Shown piece after piece: positions 48,499 to 58,214 of a stretch of DNA of 64,000 nucleotides. The number at the start of each line of letters is the position of its first letter. Position 1 is the stretch's first letter. The notes below the pieces were generated by a model. The model was not told where the DNA came from and did not search any database. It saw only the letters and a list, made by a program, of their open reading frames with translations. The DNA comes from an uncultured virus (IMG/VR IMGVR_UViG_3300048778_000136). Lineage: Duplodnaviria > Heunggongvirae > Uroviricota > Caudoviricetes. The position numbers and the translations under genes are program-made. The stretch lies in the IMG/VR virus record IMGVR_UViG_3300048778_000136, one strand, 5' to 3'.

Positions 48499-49113
48499 AT
48501 GAACACAGGAACAGTCGTTAACTTTCCAGAATTTACAGGTATCCGCTGCTTGATGATGCCTTACGCTCAGGGCTACTCAGCATCGGTTCCAGAGGAATAC
48601 CACGCCTACAAAGAGATCATCGATTCCGTGTTTCTGGAGAAGGGTAAGATTGGTTTCCTGACCATCGACGAGAGTCCTGTCCGCGCCGGGAAGCCGCACC
48701 GTGGTGACCGTGCTCGGTATGGCCGCGCTCTTCACACCGAGGCAGGGCAGATACCGGGAACGGTTACCTATCGCTGGGGAGGAAACTGGGGAGGACGCGA
48801 GAACGTCATGCTACGACCGGAAGTCCGCATTCTCCTAGCGAACAATCTCGACGAGTCCTGCGCGGTGTGGGATGTCACACACGAACCTACATCGCCTGAC
48901 GGCGATATCGGGGACGCGGCAGGACTTTACCCTTACGAGGCCGCTACGTTCCTGAAGGCTGGTGAGGTGCATGACATCGGTATCCTGACTCCGCATGAGA
49001 GCCTTCCTGTCGCACAGGATTTCAACCGCCAGTTCCTGCGGATTGTCGGTGCCGGAGTCTCTGGGCGAGAGGAATACTTTACTCAGAACCCGCTTGTGCC
49101 GTGGTGTTTATGA
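48499..49113 (+). CDS. Putative 2OG-Fe(II) dioxygenase-like (double-stranded beta helix) protein
   Basis: LTIDE..V..G..HR...LHTE ... TPHESLP...RQF.R: HxE...H...R pattern. Confidence 0.5.
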   Translation: MNTGTVVNFPEFTGIRCLMMPYAQGYSASVPEEYHAYKEIIDSVFLEKGKIGFLTIDESPVRAGKPHRGDRARYGRALHTEAGQIPGTVTYRWGGNWGGRENVMLRPEVRILLANNLDESCAVWDVTHEPTSPDGDIGDAAGLYPYEAATFLKAGEVHDIGILTPHESLPVAQDFNRQFLRIVGAGVSGREEYFTQNPLVPWCL

Positions 49114-49350
49114 TGAAACTTAAAGACAAATTTGTTGCTAGGCTCATAGAGATACAAAACGATCCGATTTTACAAGAAAAACGGGAAGTATATTTTTAAC
49201 AAAAAAGGGCAGAGGAAGTCGCACGAAGACTGCTTGGACACAAGCACCTAATGTGTGCCACTTGTGGAGTCAAACAGGCCATACAGCTTGACGCAGAACC
49301 ACCGAAGTATTGCCACTCGTGTTGGTTGGACGAAAGAGCTAAACGTAAGG
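49113..49350 (+). pseudogene. Tagged Zn-finger gene interrupted by an in-frame TAA (49197-99)
   Basis: MKLKDKF...REVYF*QKRAEEVARRLLGHKHLMCATCG...YCHSC. Confidence 0.55.
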
Positions 49351-49926
49351 CTACTGAACTACCGGAGCGGTCTGTTGCGCCGAAGGATCAGTGACAGAGA
49401 ACAAGGGAGTCTTACGCTTTTGAGAGAGTAGTTCCGCAAGACGTGTTAAGTCCCTTTTCCATATTCCGTGGCGCTGAATGATATCATTAAAGTCCTCGAA
49501 ATCGTGGCCTCGAACACGAAATAAATAGCGCCCACGTTCGTCTACTTCGTGCTCACCTGTCTCGCCGTTGTAGGTTGGGGCGGCATGGCAGCATTCGTGA
49601 TCCAAGAGAGCAATCTGCTGCTCCTTCGTAACAGCAAGGTCTTCCCAAAACTCTTTGTTCAAAGTGATAATAAAGTCGTAGTCCGCATACTCGCGGTATA
49701 AGTCAGAGACTTTAATGCACTTGCCTAGGACAATATGACCATCCTTGTCCGCCTTCGTCCTAAGTCGCCATGCTAAGGCGATACGAGCCTCCTTGATGTC
49801 TCCGTGGTGCTTATCTCGAACCTCTTTAAGTAGATTGTATGGGGCTGGAACAAGACCATTAGCATCCTGTTCGGGGATGATGAGGAAGTTGATTTTCTTC
49901 CCGGTTTTCACTTTCTTCGGTGCCAT
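49351..49926 (-). CDS. Phage putative metallopeptidase
   Basis: LGKC.K....YDFII.LN...W......Q.ALLDHECCH...HD.E.F..I..RHG.W. Confidence 0.8.
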   Translation of the reverse strand: MAPKKVKTGKKINFLIIPEQDANGLVPAPYNLLKEVRDKHHGDIKEARIALAWRLRTKADKDGHIVLGKCIKVSDLYREYADYDFIITLNKEFWEDLAVTKEQQIALLDHECCHAAPTYNGETGEHEVDERGRYLFRVRGHDFEDFNDIIQRHGIWKRDLTRLAELLSQKRKTPLFSVTDPSAQQTAPVVQ

Positions 49927-49927
49927 T

Positions 49928-50368
49928 CTATTCTCCCGTTCCTACAGCAGCAATGAACAAAATTCTCTTCATGATAGCACGATGCGCAGAGTTTGGGAAG
50001 AGGTTCCAATCATCGCAAAAGATAGGAAGTCCTTGGTCGGAAGGGATATAAAGATTCTCCGCGCTCAACAGCTTAGGCTTGTTCACCTCTTCGCCCTCCA
50101 GCTTCTCCCCTAAAAGACGTTTAGCTACCACGTCAACATAGCTGATCTCATTCGATATAAGCCAGTGAAGCCTAATAATGTTCGCGTGATCCGCTTTAGT
50201 TGGAGTTACCACGGCAAATCGACCGTTAGGATATCTCTCTTCGGCATATCGCATTAGCTCAGTAGTTTTTCCGCATCGGGGAGGAGCTGTGATAATAGTC
50301 CTTCCGCGAGTCCTCAAGAGCTTGGCTATCTCCTCGGCGTTTGCGGCTTCGCGGTAGTGAATACTCAT
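49928..50368 (-). CDS. Miniature P-loop (terminase/helicase-like) protein with VAKRLLG tag
   Basis: TAPPRCGKTT, VVTPT, IFCDDW; paralog of 50365-50844; ATG 50368 overlaps the upstream stop. Confidence 0.65.
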   Translation of the reverse strand: MSIHYREAANAEEIAKLLRTRGRTIITAPPRCGKTTELMRYAEERYPNGRFAVVTPTKADHANIIRLHWLISNEISYVDVVAKRLLGEKLEGEEVNKPKLLSAENLYIPSDQGLPIFCDDWNLFPNSAHRAIMKRILFIAAVGTGE

Positions 50369-50844
50369 GATGTTACGGATGCAACAAGCAAACCAGAGTC
50401 GATTATAGCTCTCCGTGCGTCCTCTGGGAAAAGATTCCACTCATCGCAGAATACTAATCTACCTTGGCCGCGCAGGAGTTGCAAATTTGTTGGAGTCAAC
50501 ATGAGTGGAGGGTTGGTATCCGGTTCTGTTATTTTCAACCCATTGAGTCTTTTGGCTATATTGCCAGCATTAAATAATTCCCTGTGCCGAAGAATGATTT
50601 TCCCTTGTACCTCTTGGTTAAGACATACAACACAATATGAGTTACGGTGTTTTTCTTCGGCATATCTCAGAAGTTCGGTCGTCTTTCCGATCTGGCGCGG
50701 TGCTGTGATGATGATAGGCTCAGGAGTAATCGCTTTGATGGTAACTTTCTCTTCATCGTCCCATCCTTCCGACCTGCGACTCTCTTGGCTTGATCGTAAG
50801 AGCCTTGCAATATCCTGTGCCGACTCTGCATTGACGTAGATCAT
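50365..50844 (-). CDS. Miniature P-loop (terminase/helicase-like) protein with IAKRLNG tag
   Basis: TAPRQIGKTT, LRG, VFCDEW. Confidence 0.65.
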   Translation of the reverse strand: MIYVNAESAQDIARLLRSSQESRRSEGWDDEEKVTIKAITPEPIIITAPRQIGKTTELLRYAEEKHRNSYCVVCLNQEVQGKIILRHRELFNAGNIAKRLNGLKITEPDTNPPLMLTPTNLQLLRGQGRLVFCDEWNLFPEDARRAIIDSGLLVASVTS

Positions 50845-50849
50845 AATCC

Positions 50850-51275
50850 TTAGTCCTCAAGGATAGAAACTTTTATTTCTACCCGAGCAGGCGATCCGTA
50901 ATCCTTGCGACTTTTCCCGTAGCTCACTATTTGCGCGTCGTCAGCATACAAAATTCCAGTCAACGCATCTGTCGTACTTCGCAAAAGTTTATCCAAATCC
51001 GGCTTCACAACATGCATAACGCGCTTCTTTGGAATCGACGGAGGCCGCTCAAAGAAGAAGTGATAGAAGACCTCAACGGGAACATGCTTCGAAGCAAACA
51101 CTTCATGGAAACCTGCATGTGCTCGTTCGATTAGGGCTGTTTCTGCTACCTCTTGGCGATATGGCTTCAGCTTTTTATTGTCCGAGGTAATGCGTGCCTT
51201 CCCTCCCATGACGAACGCCTTCATGGACCCTTGTGGGGCAGGAATCCCATAGACAATAAATGAAAGCTCCTTCAC
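50850..51275 (-). CDS. rusA: RusA-like Holliday junction resolvase
   Basis: G.PAPQGS, KPDLDKL.R...DAL.G....DD.QIV. Confidence 0.9.
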   Translation of the reverse strand: MKELSFIVYGIPAPQGSMKAFVMGGKARITSDNKKLKPYRQEVAETALIERAHAGFHEVFASKHVPVEVFYHFFFERPPSIPKKRVMHVVKPDLDKLLRSTTDALTGILYADDAQIVSYGKSRKDYGSPARVEIKVSILED

Positions 51276-51772
51276 AGCACCTCCGGCGTATCAATTACTT
51301 CCTCGTAGAGCAAAATCTGTGCTGATGTGATGGGCTGGTCAGGAAAGTTAACAGCGTATGTCGCTTCGTCCTCGCGAATCTTTGTAATGATTCCGATCTG
51401 CCCCTTGCGATACCAGTTGGTAGTTCCGACCCTATCTCCAATCTTACGACTGGGTGCGATTCTATACACCGCGATCCACTGTCCGAGCAGTTCCTTGTGT
51501 GCCGCAGATAGGAATGATTCACCTTCGTCCATTAAGTCTACTAGACCACGGTCTTCTTCCCATCCGTCTCGCTCTAGGCTGCGAGCCATAGCGTATCCGT
51601 CGTCAAGACGAAGAACATCTGTAATCTGTTTTTCGATGTGCGGAGCTTCTGTATCGCTCCATTCATTTCCAAGGTAACGCTTCACTGCTGGCATGAATAA
51701 CTCCCACGCACGGCGCTTAACGATGGAGTCAGATTTACTTGGACGCTTCATCAATTCAGTTGTTTCAGACAT
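51272..51772 (-). CDS. Hypothetical protein
   Basis: Coupled ORF; DGY..A..LE..GW. Confidence 0.6.
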   Translation of the reverse strand: MSETTELMKRPSKSDSIVKRRAWELFMPAVKRYLGNEWSDTEAPHIEKQITDVLRLDDGYAMARSLERDGWEEDRGLVDLMDEGESFLSAAHKELLGQWIAVYRIAPSRKIGDRVGTTNWYRKGQIGIITKIREDEATYAVNFPDQPITSAQILLYEEVIDTPEVL

Positions 51773-53664
51773 TATCCCAACCTCCGTATATTACCTTCCT
51801 CTACAATATAGAAGGCTGAGTTCGCTAGCTTCGGAACCTGCTCCGATGTGTCCGCCACGAGCAGGATAACCTGATCCAGAGTACCATCAGAGACCATCTT
51901 ATAAAGATGTTTATAGAGATTCGGGCGAAGGTCGGGAAGAAGTGTATCTATCCTATCGATCACCACAAATCCTATGCCAGCCGTAGCACTAACTGCACAT
52001 TGAAAGGCAGCGTAAAACATCAACTCTTCCGCCCCGGACAGTTCAATTAGCGGCGTAGACACTTTACGGTAGTCAGTGATCTCAAATTTAAACGGTTCGA
52101 TAGAGAGCGAGCAGGAATAGTCCCATGCGGACAGGACTGAATTCACCTTTAATTCGAACCCCCCGATATACTGAGCTATCAACTTGGCTTTTATTCCATC
52201 TTTATCAAACAGTTTTACAAGTGTATCCAACTTAGTAGCCTTGTCCTCCAGCCGCTTCAGTTGCTCCTTCTTCGTTACAATGTCCTTCTCCCGTTCCTCT
52301 GCGGCGATGACGGGCTGAATTTGCTGAAGGATCGTCTCGATACTCTTATCAGTTGATGAAATAGCGCTGTCGAGCGTAGCAGAATCAAAGAGGCCACCAG
52401 CGTCCTGATCCGCCTCAACCTTCGCTTCCTCTAGCGTCTTAGCGTGCTCTTCTATCTTCGCCGCTAGATCAGTTTTATCCGCGAGAGCCGTATTATGCTT
52501 ATCTAGCTTCGCAATCGCTCCGTCTACGTCTCCTAGTGCAGTTATAGCTTGAGTAGTGTTGCCATAGTCTTCCGTAAGCTGACCACGCTTCGCCATGATG
52601 TTAGTCATTAGTTCAGCTAGCTTAGAGTCGTCAATATCCTGATCGCAGGTAGGACACGTAGCACCTAGCTTTGAAAGCTCATGCAGCCTGACCTCCTCTG
52701 CCTTCGCTGTTTCTTGGGCATGTGAAAGACGTTGCTGCTCCGCTAATAGCCGATCACGCTCAGCCTTGCGATCAGCCACTTCCTGCACGGCGCTAGGATC
52801 AGGAAGAATGTTTGCCTCAAGTAACCGAAGAGATTCCTTGCTGGCCTTGAGTACAGCCTCCAACGTCTCTATTTTAGCGTTCGCTCTATCCCTCTTCAGA
52901 GATTCTTCATTCGCCTTCTTCGCTGCCGCATCCCGCTCCCCAGATTGCTTCTGGCGATCCTCTCGCAGCACAGCAAGCTGAGTCTTCAAAGATTCGGAGT
53001 TGACGCCTTGCGGACGTGGTAGAGCGTCAGGGATGGAGAACTCTTTCAGTTTATTATTCGCATCTTTTCTCTCGTCAAACAACTTCTTGTACGCTAGATT
53101 GATTGCAGCGAAAGGCTCTCCGTTGAAATTCACTACTCCTTCCCCGAGATACTTTTCTACGTCTGCGATAGTATCCTTATCGAACTCGTAGCGGGCAGGA
53201 AGGACAAGCTTTGCCAGAAGGTTCTTCTGTGCATCTTCGTCACGAGAATAAACCATAGACTGAAAGGCGCGAGTGTTGATCGCTATATCTAAAGCTGTCT
53301 TCTTATCAAGGAGGAGCTTGTCGAACTTTGCGGCGACCCATTCAAGATCGTTCAAATCCTCTGAAGATTGCGTCCTACTTGTAAATCCTAGCGTGGTCGT
53401 GCGCCGGATCGTCCTGTTCGCACCCTGTAGATCAGCCTCGATAGTAGCCCTCGTCTCGCCTCGCTTGATCTTTTTCTGATAACCTGCTCCGCGAGCATCT
53501 AGCCCCCATGTTGTCGGAGTCAATGCAAGTGAAAGTGCCTCGGCAACTGAGGTCTTGCCGTTCATATTACGTCCGCGCACTACGACGAACCTAGCGTCCG
53601 CAATATCCAGTGTTGAATCACTGTGTAATCTAAAGTTCTTGATATGTAGCTTATTTACACGCAT
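51772..53664 (-). CDS. Rad50/SbcC-like ABC ATPase
   Basis: GRNMNGKTS Walker A, coiled coils, CPTC zinc hook, LSGAE signature, VVIDRID Walker B. Confidence 0.88.
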   Translation of the reverse strand: MRVNKLHIKNFRLHSDSTLDIADARFVVVRGRNMNGKTSVAEALSLALTPTTWGLDARGAGYQKKIKRGETRATIEADLQGANRTIRRTTTLGFTSRTQSSEDLNDLEWVAAKFDKLLLDKKTALDIAINTRAFQSMVYSRDEDAQKNLLAKLVLPARYEFDKDTIADVEKYLGEGVVNFNGEPFAAINLAYKKLFDERKDANNKLKEFSIPDALPRPQGVNSESLKTQLAVLREDRQKQSGERDAAAKKANEESLKRDRANAKIETLEAVLKASKESLRLLEANILPDPSAVQEVADRKAERDRLLAEQQRLSHAQETAKAEEVRLHELSKLGATCPTCDQDIDDSKLAELMTNIMAKRGQLTEDYGNTTQAITALGDVDGAIAKLDKHNTALADKTDLAAKIEEHAKTLEEAKVEADQDAGGLFDSATLDSAISSTDKSIETILQQIQPVIAAEEREKDIVTKKEQLKRLEDKATKLDTLVKLFDKDGIKAKLIAQYIGGFELKVNSVLSAWDYSCSLSIEPFKFEITDYRKVSTPLIELSGAEELMFYAAFQCAVSATAGIGFVVIDRIDTLLPDLRPNLYKHLYKMVSDGTLDQVILLVADTSEQVPKLANSAFYIVEEGNIRRLG

Positions 53665-53678
53665 TTACTTTCTCCCGG

Positions 53679-54983
53679 TTAGAACTCTTCTTCGTCTTCT
53701 TCGTCGAACTCGCTATCAGGCAAGGACTCTAAAGGCTTCGACACCGCTAGTTTTACTTTTGTGACTTTCTCTACGACATCATCAATCGCGGTATCCAGCA
53801 AAACTCTTTTCTTCGTCTTCAAGTAACTCGTAAGCGATGTAGAGGACAATTGCACTTTCCCGAGCCAATTACTATCCTCTGGCGCTGCATAGGCGTAATC
53901 ACTTAGGAGATCGACCACTGGCATAACAAGTCGGTTCTGCGCGTCTACCTCCACACCTCCGGCTGTTGCTTTGAATAACGGATAGATGCTGGACTGAGAC
54001 TCAACCGGGCCGTAGACGTAGGATTTTGTATTAAAATCCTTAAGCATAATCGGCTTTCCTGTCTCTTGAACGTAAGCCTTCATCCTCGCCTTGTTCTTAC
54101 GTGAAAACTGACTATTCCATAAATCCCAATTGAACCACATTTCAGGATTTTCCATCATATTTTCGTTCCACTGCGCAATTGGACATTTTCTATTAGCGAG
54201 TAAACTACAATACCAGCAATGATTTCCAGCAATCGCCTGTAACTCCTTCCCAGCGTCATAGTCCGCATGGATCATCTTCTGCCGCTCACGCGCTGATTTC
54301 AGGGCATCAATCAAAGCAGGTAAGTCCTGCCGCGTGTAGGTAACGAAGCGCGATAAGTTCGCGTAGCGCACGAAAATAAGGCGGAATGTAACTTCCTGCA
54401 CCCAAGGGAAGTGGGCTAACACAAAAACAGTGTAAGTCTTTCCTTGTAGCGTGTCCGATGGTTCAAAGGGCCTTGGATGACTCTTGTAATCCGTTATTTC
54501 AGCCTTTTCTTCCTCACGGAATCCATAGAGGTTATCGAGCGTTCCTGAATAGTGTGCTGGTAATCCTGAACTCTTGCAGATACCGGAAAGCGCCTCCACT
54601 ACATCGGTAGGACGAAAGTTCTCATCCAGTGATAGAGGAAGTTCTGTAGCAATGAGGTGCTGATGGTCGATCCTAAGCGTGTCGCTCATTCCTGACAGAA
54701 TCCTAGCTGCGACAGGACCCGCACCTTTGGCTAGATGGTCAAACATCTCTAGGTCCATTGGGACTTGCTTCATCGCGCAATAGGCAGCATACGCAGCGGC
54801 TGTGCGATGGATTTCATTTCCTCGCGCCGACTCCATTCCTCCCGGCATCTTGTTTCCCCTAATGACCGTTTCAGCATAGAAAGTTTGGCATGAGGTCAGG
54901 GACTCAGTGCTCTGATGAAAGGGTGGGATAGGAGAAGCAGTGATCTGGACTAACTCGGCTGGCTTAGCTTTCTTTGTGGTCAC
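53679..54983 (-). CDS. PD-(D/E)XK (RecB/Cas4-like) exonuclease
   Basis: RG.EIH, E, GTLD, DYKS, Q...Y, HC.YC.....CP. Confidence 0.8.
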   Translation of the reverse strand: MTTKKAKPAELVQITASPIPPFHQSTESLTSCQTFYAETVIRGNKMPGGMESARGNEIHRTAAAYAAYCAMKQVPMDLEMFDHLAKGAGPVAARILSGMSDTLRIDHQHLIATELPLSLDENFRPTDVVEALSGICKSSGLPAHYSGTLDNLYGFREEEKAEITDYKSHPRPFEPSDTLQGKTYTVFVLAHFPWVQEVTFRLIFVRYANLSRFVTYTRQDLPALIDALKSARERQKMIHADYDAGKELQAIAGNHCWYCSLLANRKCPIAQWNENMMENPEMWFNWDLWNSQFSRKNKARMKAYVQETGKPIMLKDFNTKSYVYGPVESQSSIYPLFKATAGGVEVDAQNRLVMPVVDLLSDYAYAAPEDSNWLGKVQLSSTSLTSYLKTKKRVLLDTAIDDVVEKVTKVKLAVSKPLESLPDSEFDEEDEEEF

Positions 54984-55300
54984 GCGGTAACTCCTGTCGG
55001 TTCCACTTCCGGTTGCGGTGCAGGCTCTGGTTCCTTCATGAATGGCTCGACCAACTCCAACTGAAGGATGATACTTTGGAGTTGCTGTTTGAGGCGCTGC
55101 ACTTCCTCTATCCTTTTTTCGTTGTGGTGAAGTTGCGTAATCCCTTCCACCACATTGAACACCGTTCCCGGAGCAGGAGACTTATTCCAGCGTTCATGAT
55201 ATGAACTCCAGTCGTAGAGCACCTTACCTGCCAACATATTTACTTCCTGCGGCGTTGCCTCAAGGATGACATTGTGATTTCCTATCGCGATGATCTTCAT
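54980..55300 (-). CDS. Hypothetical protein
   Basis: GGAGG RBS. Confidence 0.55.
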   Translation of the reverse strand: MKIIAIGNHNVILEATPQEVNMLAGKVLYDWSSYHERWNKSPAPGTVFNVVEGITQLHHNEKRIEEVQRLKQQLQSIILQLELVEPFMKEPEPAPQPEVEPTGVTA

Positions 55301-55383
55301 TTATCCTCCACCGGGACTTCCATTGCAGCGAGTTTCTTCCAGTGAGCAACAACGTTGGGATGAGATTTGATACATAAATCCCA

Positions 55384-56721
55384 CTATTTACAAACCGGAA
55401 TTTTATGGTGATGCTTCGGCTTGACTACGTGTAGCACCGGCGCGACACATGCGATTGGTGCTGGTGGAGCGGTAGTCGCCCTATCTTCATAAGTTACATA
55501 AGGGGTTGCAACTAGTGCAGGGAGAGCAGACGGCTCTGGCGTAACGAATGTTCCAATGTCGCACGCGCTGACTTGGATCGTCGTCACCATCTGTTGCATT
55601 GAGCCGCTTGTGCCGCCTCCAGCTTGTCCCCAGCTTTGACCGCCTCCGCCGCCAAGTGCGATGTTTCGCGCCCCGCCGATTTGAACAATTGCTGTGTACT
55701 CAGTTACCTGAGAACCATAACGCTCATAGCCCTTACGTCCATCCGTGAGCGGCACGTCGTTGTACAGTTGTGACGCAGACACAAGTGTATCTGTGTGACC
55801 TTGCGTGATCTTGCTGTTTTTGAATAGGCCGAAGAATGTCCCGGTTATAGGCGTTTGAACAACAATCTGAAGCGGACCACACGCTAGAGTCTCCTTGACA
55901 ATATTCCCAACGGAAAGCTGCGACGGTGGAGTTTCAGGGACAACTGGCGGAATGAATAATACACCGCCGACACTAGTCTTATTGTTCGTCGTGTTCCCAG
56001 AGTCGGATGTGGTTTGCTGTGAGCCGGTGCTGTTTGTATTGCTGCTAACATTCTTACTGGCGTTCGCATTCGATGTCTTGTTGGATGTTGAATTGCTGGT
56101 CTGATTTGATGTTTTATTTGCCACCGAGTTCGCACTCGTGTTTGCGAGGTCGCTTACATTTGTGCTGGTGTTCTCGTTCGCGTTGCTGGTCTTATTTGAG
56201 ACATTGGATGCGCCGCCCGCCGACGTGGAAGATGAGGTGCTTGGGCCTGTAGCGAGATTGTTGCCGCCACTACTGCTTGATCCGGTAGAAAGATTGTTGC
56301 CACCGCTGTTGCTGGTCGATGGTCCACTCTGCGCGTTGATTGTGTTGTTGCCATTCGCTGAGCTAGAGCCTGTTGTCGCCGAAGATTGATTGGCGGATCT
56401 GTTGCCTGTTGCCGTCGAGGAGCCCCCATTCGCCGAACTCGTTGTGTTTGGCTGAATCGTCGGGCTAACCTGAGTGGTGTTTGTAGTAACTGGACTGATC
56501 GTAGTGTCAGACGGATTCGCGGCAGATGAGTTCCCGCTTTGACTTGACGTACTCGTGGTATTGGTCGCTGTAGACGTTGGGGTGATATTCCCCGCCGTTT
56601 GAGTGCTCGTACTGGTTGAGCAATTGGTAGCGTTTAGATCGCAGGTTGCTTGGGCATGGATTATGCCAGTAAACAACCCCATTAGAATTAGTGCTGAGTA
56701 AAACTTGCTTACGATTTTCAC
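55384..56721 (-). CDS. Secreted Ser/Thr/Asn-rich low-complexity protein
   Basis: Signal peptide MKIVSKFYSALILMGLFTGIIHA-QA; NKTSN and SSSGGNNLSTG repeats; CCGGGAG RBS. Confidence 0.7.
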   Translation of the reverse strand: MKIVSKFYSALILMGLFTGIIHAQATCDLNATNCSTSTSTQTAGNITPTSTATNTTSTSSQSGNSSAANPSDTTISPVTTNTTQVSPTIQPNTTSSANGGSSTATGNRSANQSSATTGSSSANGNNTINAQSGPSTSNSGGNNLSTGSSSSGGNNLATGPSTSSSTSAGGASNVSNKTSNANENTSTNVSDLANTSANSVANKTSNQTSNSTSNKTSNANASKNVSSNTNSTGSQQTTSDSGNTTNNKTSVGGVLFIPPVVPETPPSQLSVGNIVKETLACGPLQIVVQTPITGTFFGLFKNSKITQGHTDTLVSASQLYNDVPLTDGRKGYERYGSQVTEYTAIVQIGGARNIALGGGGGQSWGQAGGGTSGSMQQMVTTIQVSACDIGTFVTPEPSALPALVATPYVTYEDRATTAPPAPIACVAPVLHVVKPKHHHKIPVCK

Positions 56722-56775
56722 TTTAATCTCCCGGTCTTAGGTATTCGGTTGATAGTACGTTTCGGTTTAATTTCT

Positions 56776-58020
56776 TTAGATTAAATCGAACGCGTTGCCG
56801 CTTACTTCTTCCTGCGCAGGTTCCTGTTCCACTTCCTTAGTCGGCTCAGGCTCAGAAGAAAAATACACTGGCTCACCAGCCTCAGTCGTAGCAGGAACTA
56901 ACGTCTGCTGTCCTGCCGCCGCTTCCTCAGCCGCCTTGCGACGTGCCATCTCTTCCTTCGAAGGACGGCCACGGCCACGCTTCACTTCGCCTACAGGAGC
57001 ATCCATGGTAGCAGTAGGAGTAGTTTTATCCTGTTCCGCTGGCTTGCTTTCCGTAGCCTGCTTTGCGTTGAAGGCTGGAGTTGACTTCTGAGCAACCAAA
57101 TCATCAATACTCTGAATAGGCTTTGTCTGCACTTCTGGAGGAAGTTTACCCTTGAGGTAATCAACAAGACCCTTCGTATTACCGGGATATCCTGCACGCA
57201 TTTCCACTTGCTGCGCTGGATTTTTCCCTAATTTTTGGAAGAGTGAATCAAGTTCGTGCTCGATTGGATCGGTCGGGCTAGGAGTAGCAATATCTCCGCC
57301 ATTCTCAAGTTCACCCTTCAACGCCATGTCAATAGTAAGAGACTGACTACCTTCTGTCGCGGAAGCGTCAAGTGCAGAGGCGTTCGACAATTCGATGGAC
57401 GAGGGAAGATACTTCAATACTTGAAGAAGTGGAATCTTACGTGCGTACATCTCAGGATGAACGTAAGAGTAATGCCTATCACCTACTTTATTCTGCTTAT
57501 TACGATGTGCCCAAATCTTGTCAATATCCCACACGTCAATGATTGGGAAATCAGAGTTTTTTATACGTCCTACGGCATACACGAATTGGAGAGCGGCTTC
57601 CTTGCCTGCCCATTTTCCGCGCTTGTGACGGATATCTGGGTTCGTTCCAAGGGAGTATTCGAATTCATCGCCCTCGTACACAGCTTCCGTCCACGCAGAA
57701 GCTCTCTCTGTCCTATTCAACAAATCCATGTACCCACGCCACCCCGGAACCAGCGTGCAGACGTTCCCATAAGGGATCAGGTAGCATTGACCGTTGATCC
57801 CCGGCTCCAACCCCAACTGAGATGCAGCCATCAGTGAGCCGTAAAACGAGTCGCGAGTGCAATTCATCAACTTAGGGTTCACGCGCAAGGATGTAAGAGC
57901 AATTCGAGCCATCCTATCCGCCGTCATGTGACGCGGAAGCGCCCTCTCCATCTGAGGAATAAACTTCTCAAGTTCTGTTCCAATGGTCTTTGGATTGATA
58001 AGTACGATTTCATTTGCCAT
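56776..58020 (-). CDS. recT: RecT-family single-strand annealing protein
   Basis: ALP.HMT.DR..RIAL......P.L..C...S....M.A.QLGLEP....CYLIPY..G..G...L. Confidence 0.9.
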   Translation of the reverse strand: MANEIVLINPKTIGTELEKFIPQMERALPRHMTADRMARIALTSLRVNPKLMNCTRDSFYGSLMAASQLGLEPGINGQCYLIPYGNVCTLVPGWRGYMDLLNRTERASAWTEAVYEGDEFEYSLGTNPDIRHKRGKWAGKEAALQFVYAVGRIKNSDFPIIDVWDIDKIWAHRNKQNKVGDRHYSYVHPEMYARKIPLLQVLKYLPSSIELSNASALDASATEGSQSLTIDMALKGELENGGDIATPSPTDPIEHELDSLFQKLGKNPAQQVEMRAGYPGNTKGLVDYLKGKLPPEVQTKPIQSIDDLVAQKSTPAFNAKQATESKPAEQDKTTPTATMDAPVGEVKRGRGRPSKEEMARRKAAEEAAAGQQTLVPATTEAGEPVYFSSEPEPTKEVEQEPAQEEVSGNAFDLI

Positions 58021-58055
58021 TTCGTTTTTCCTTTTCTGTGATGCTAATGTTGGTA

Positions 58056-58214
58056 CTAAAATTCTTCCAAAGCCTTTTTGATTGCATCGCGGAGTCCGTC
58101 TTGATCGAGGACGTAACCGATGCCTACGTAGACCCAGACTTTATACTCATCTTCCGTTATTTGATTGACGATTACTTCAGTCAATCCCTCTAAATGGTCA
58201 CCTTCGAATTTCAT
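58056..58214 (-). CDS. Hypothetical protein (52 aa)
   Basis: Hand translation, ATGA overlap. Confidence 0.45.
   Translation of the reverse strand: MKFEGDHLEGLTEVIVNQITEDEYKVWVYVGIGYVLDQDGLRDAIKKALEEF

Noticed and set aside
17739..49199. Alternative genetic code or stop-codon reassignment
   Set aside because: The internal stops are of two types (TAA, TGA) and rare, and all three stop codons terminate intact core genes normally.
53679..54983. Cas4 as part of a CRISPR system
   Set aside because: The context (RecT, Rad50-like, RusA) indicates a phage recombination exonuclease.
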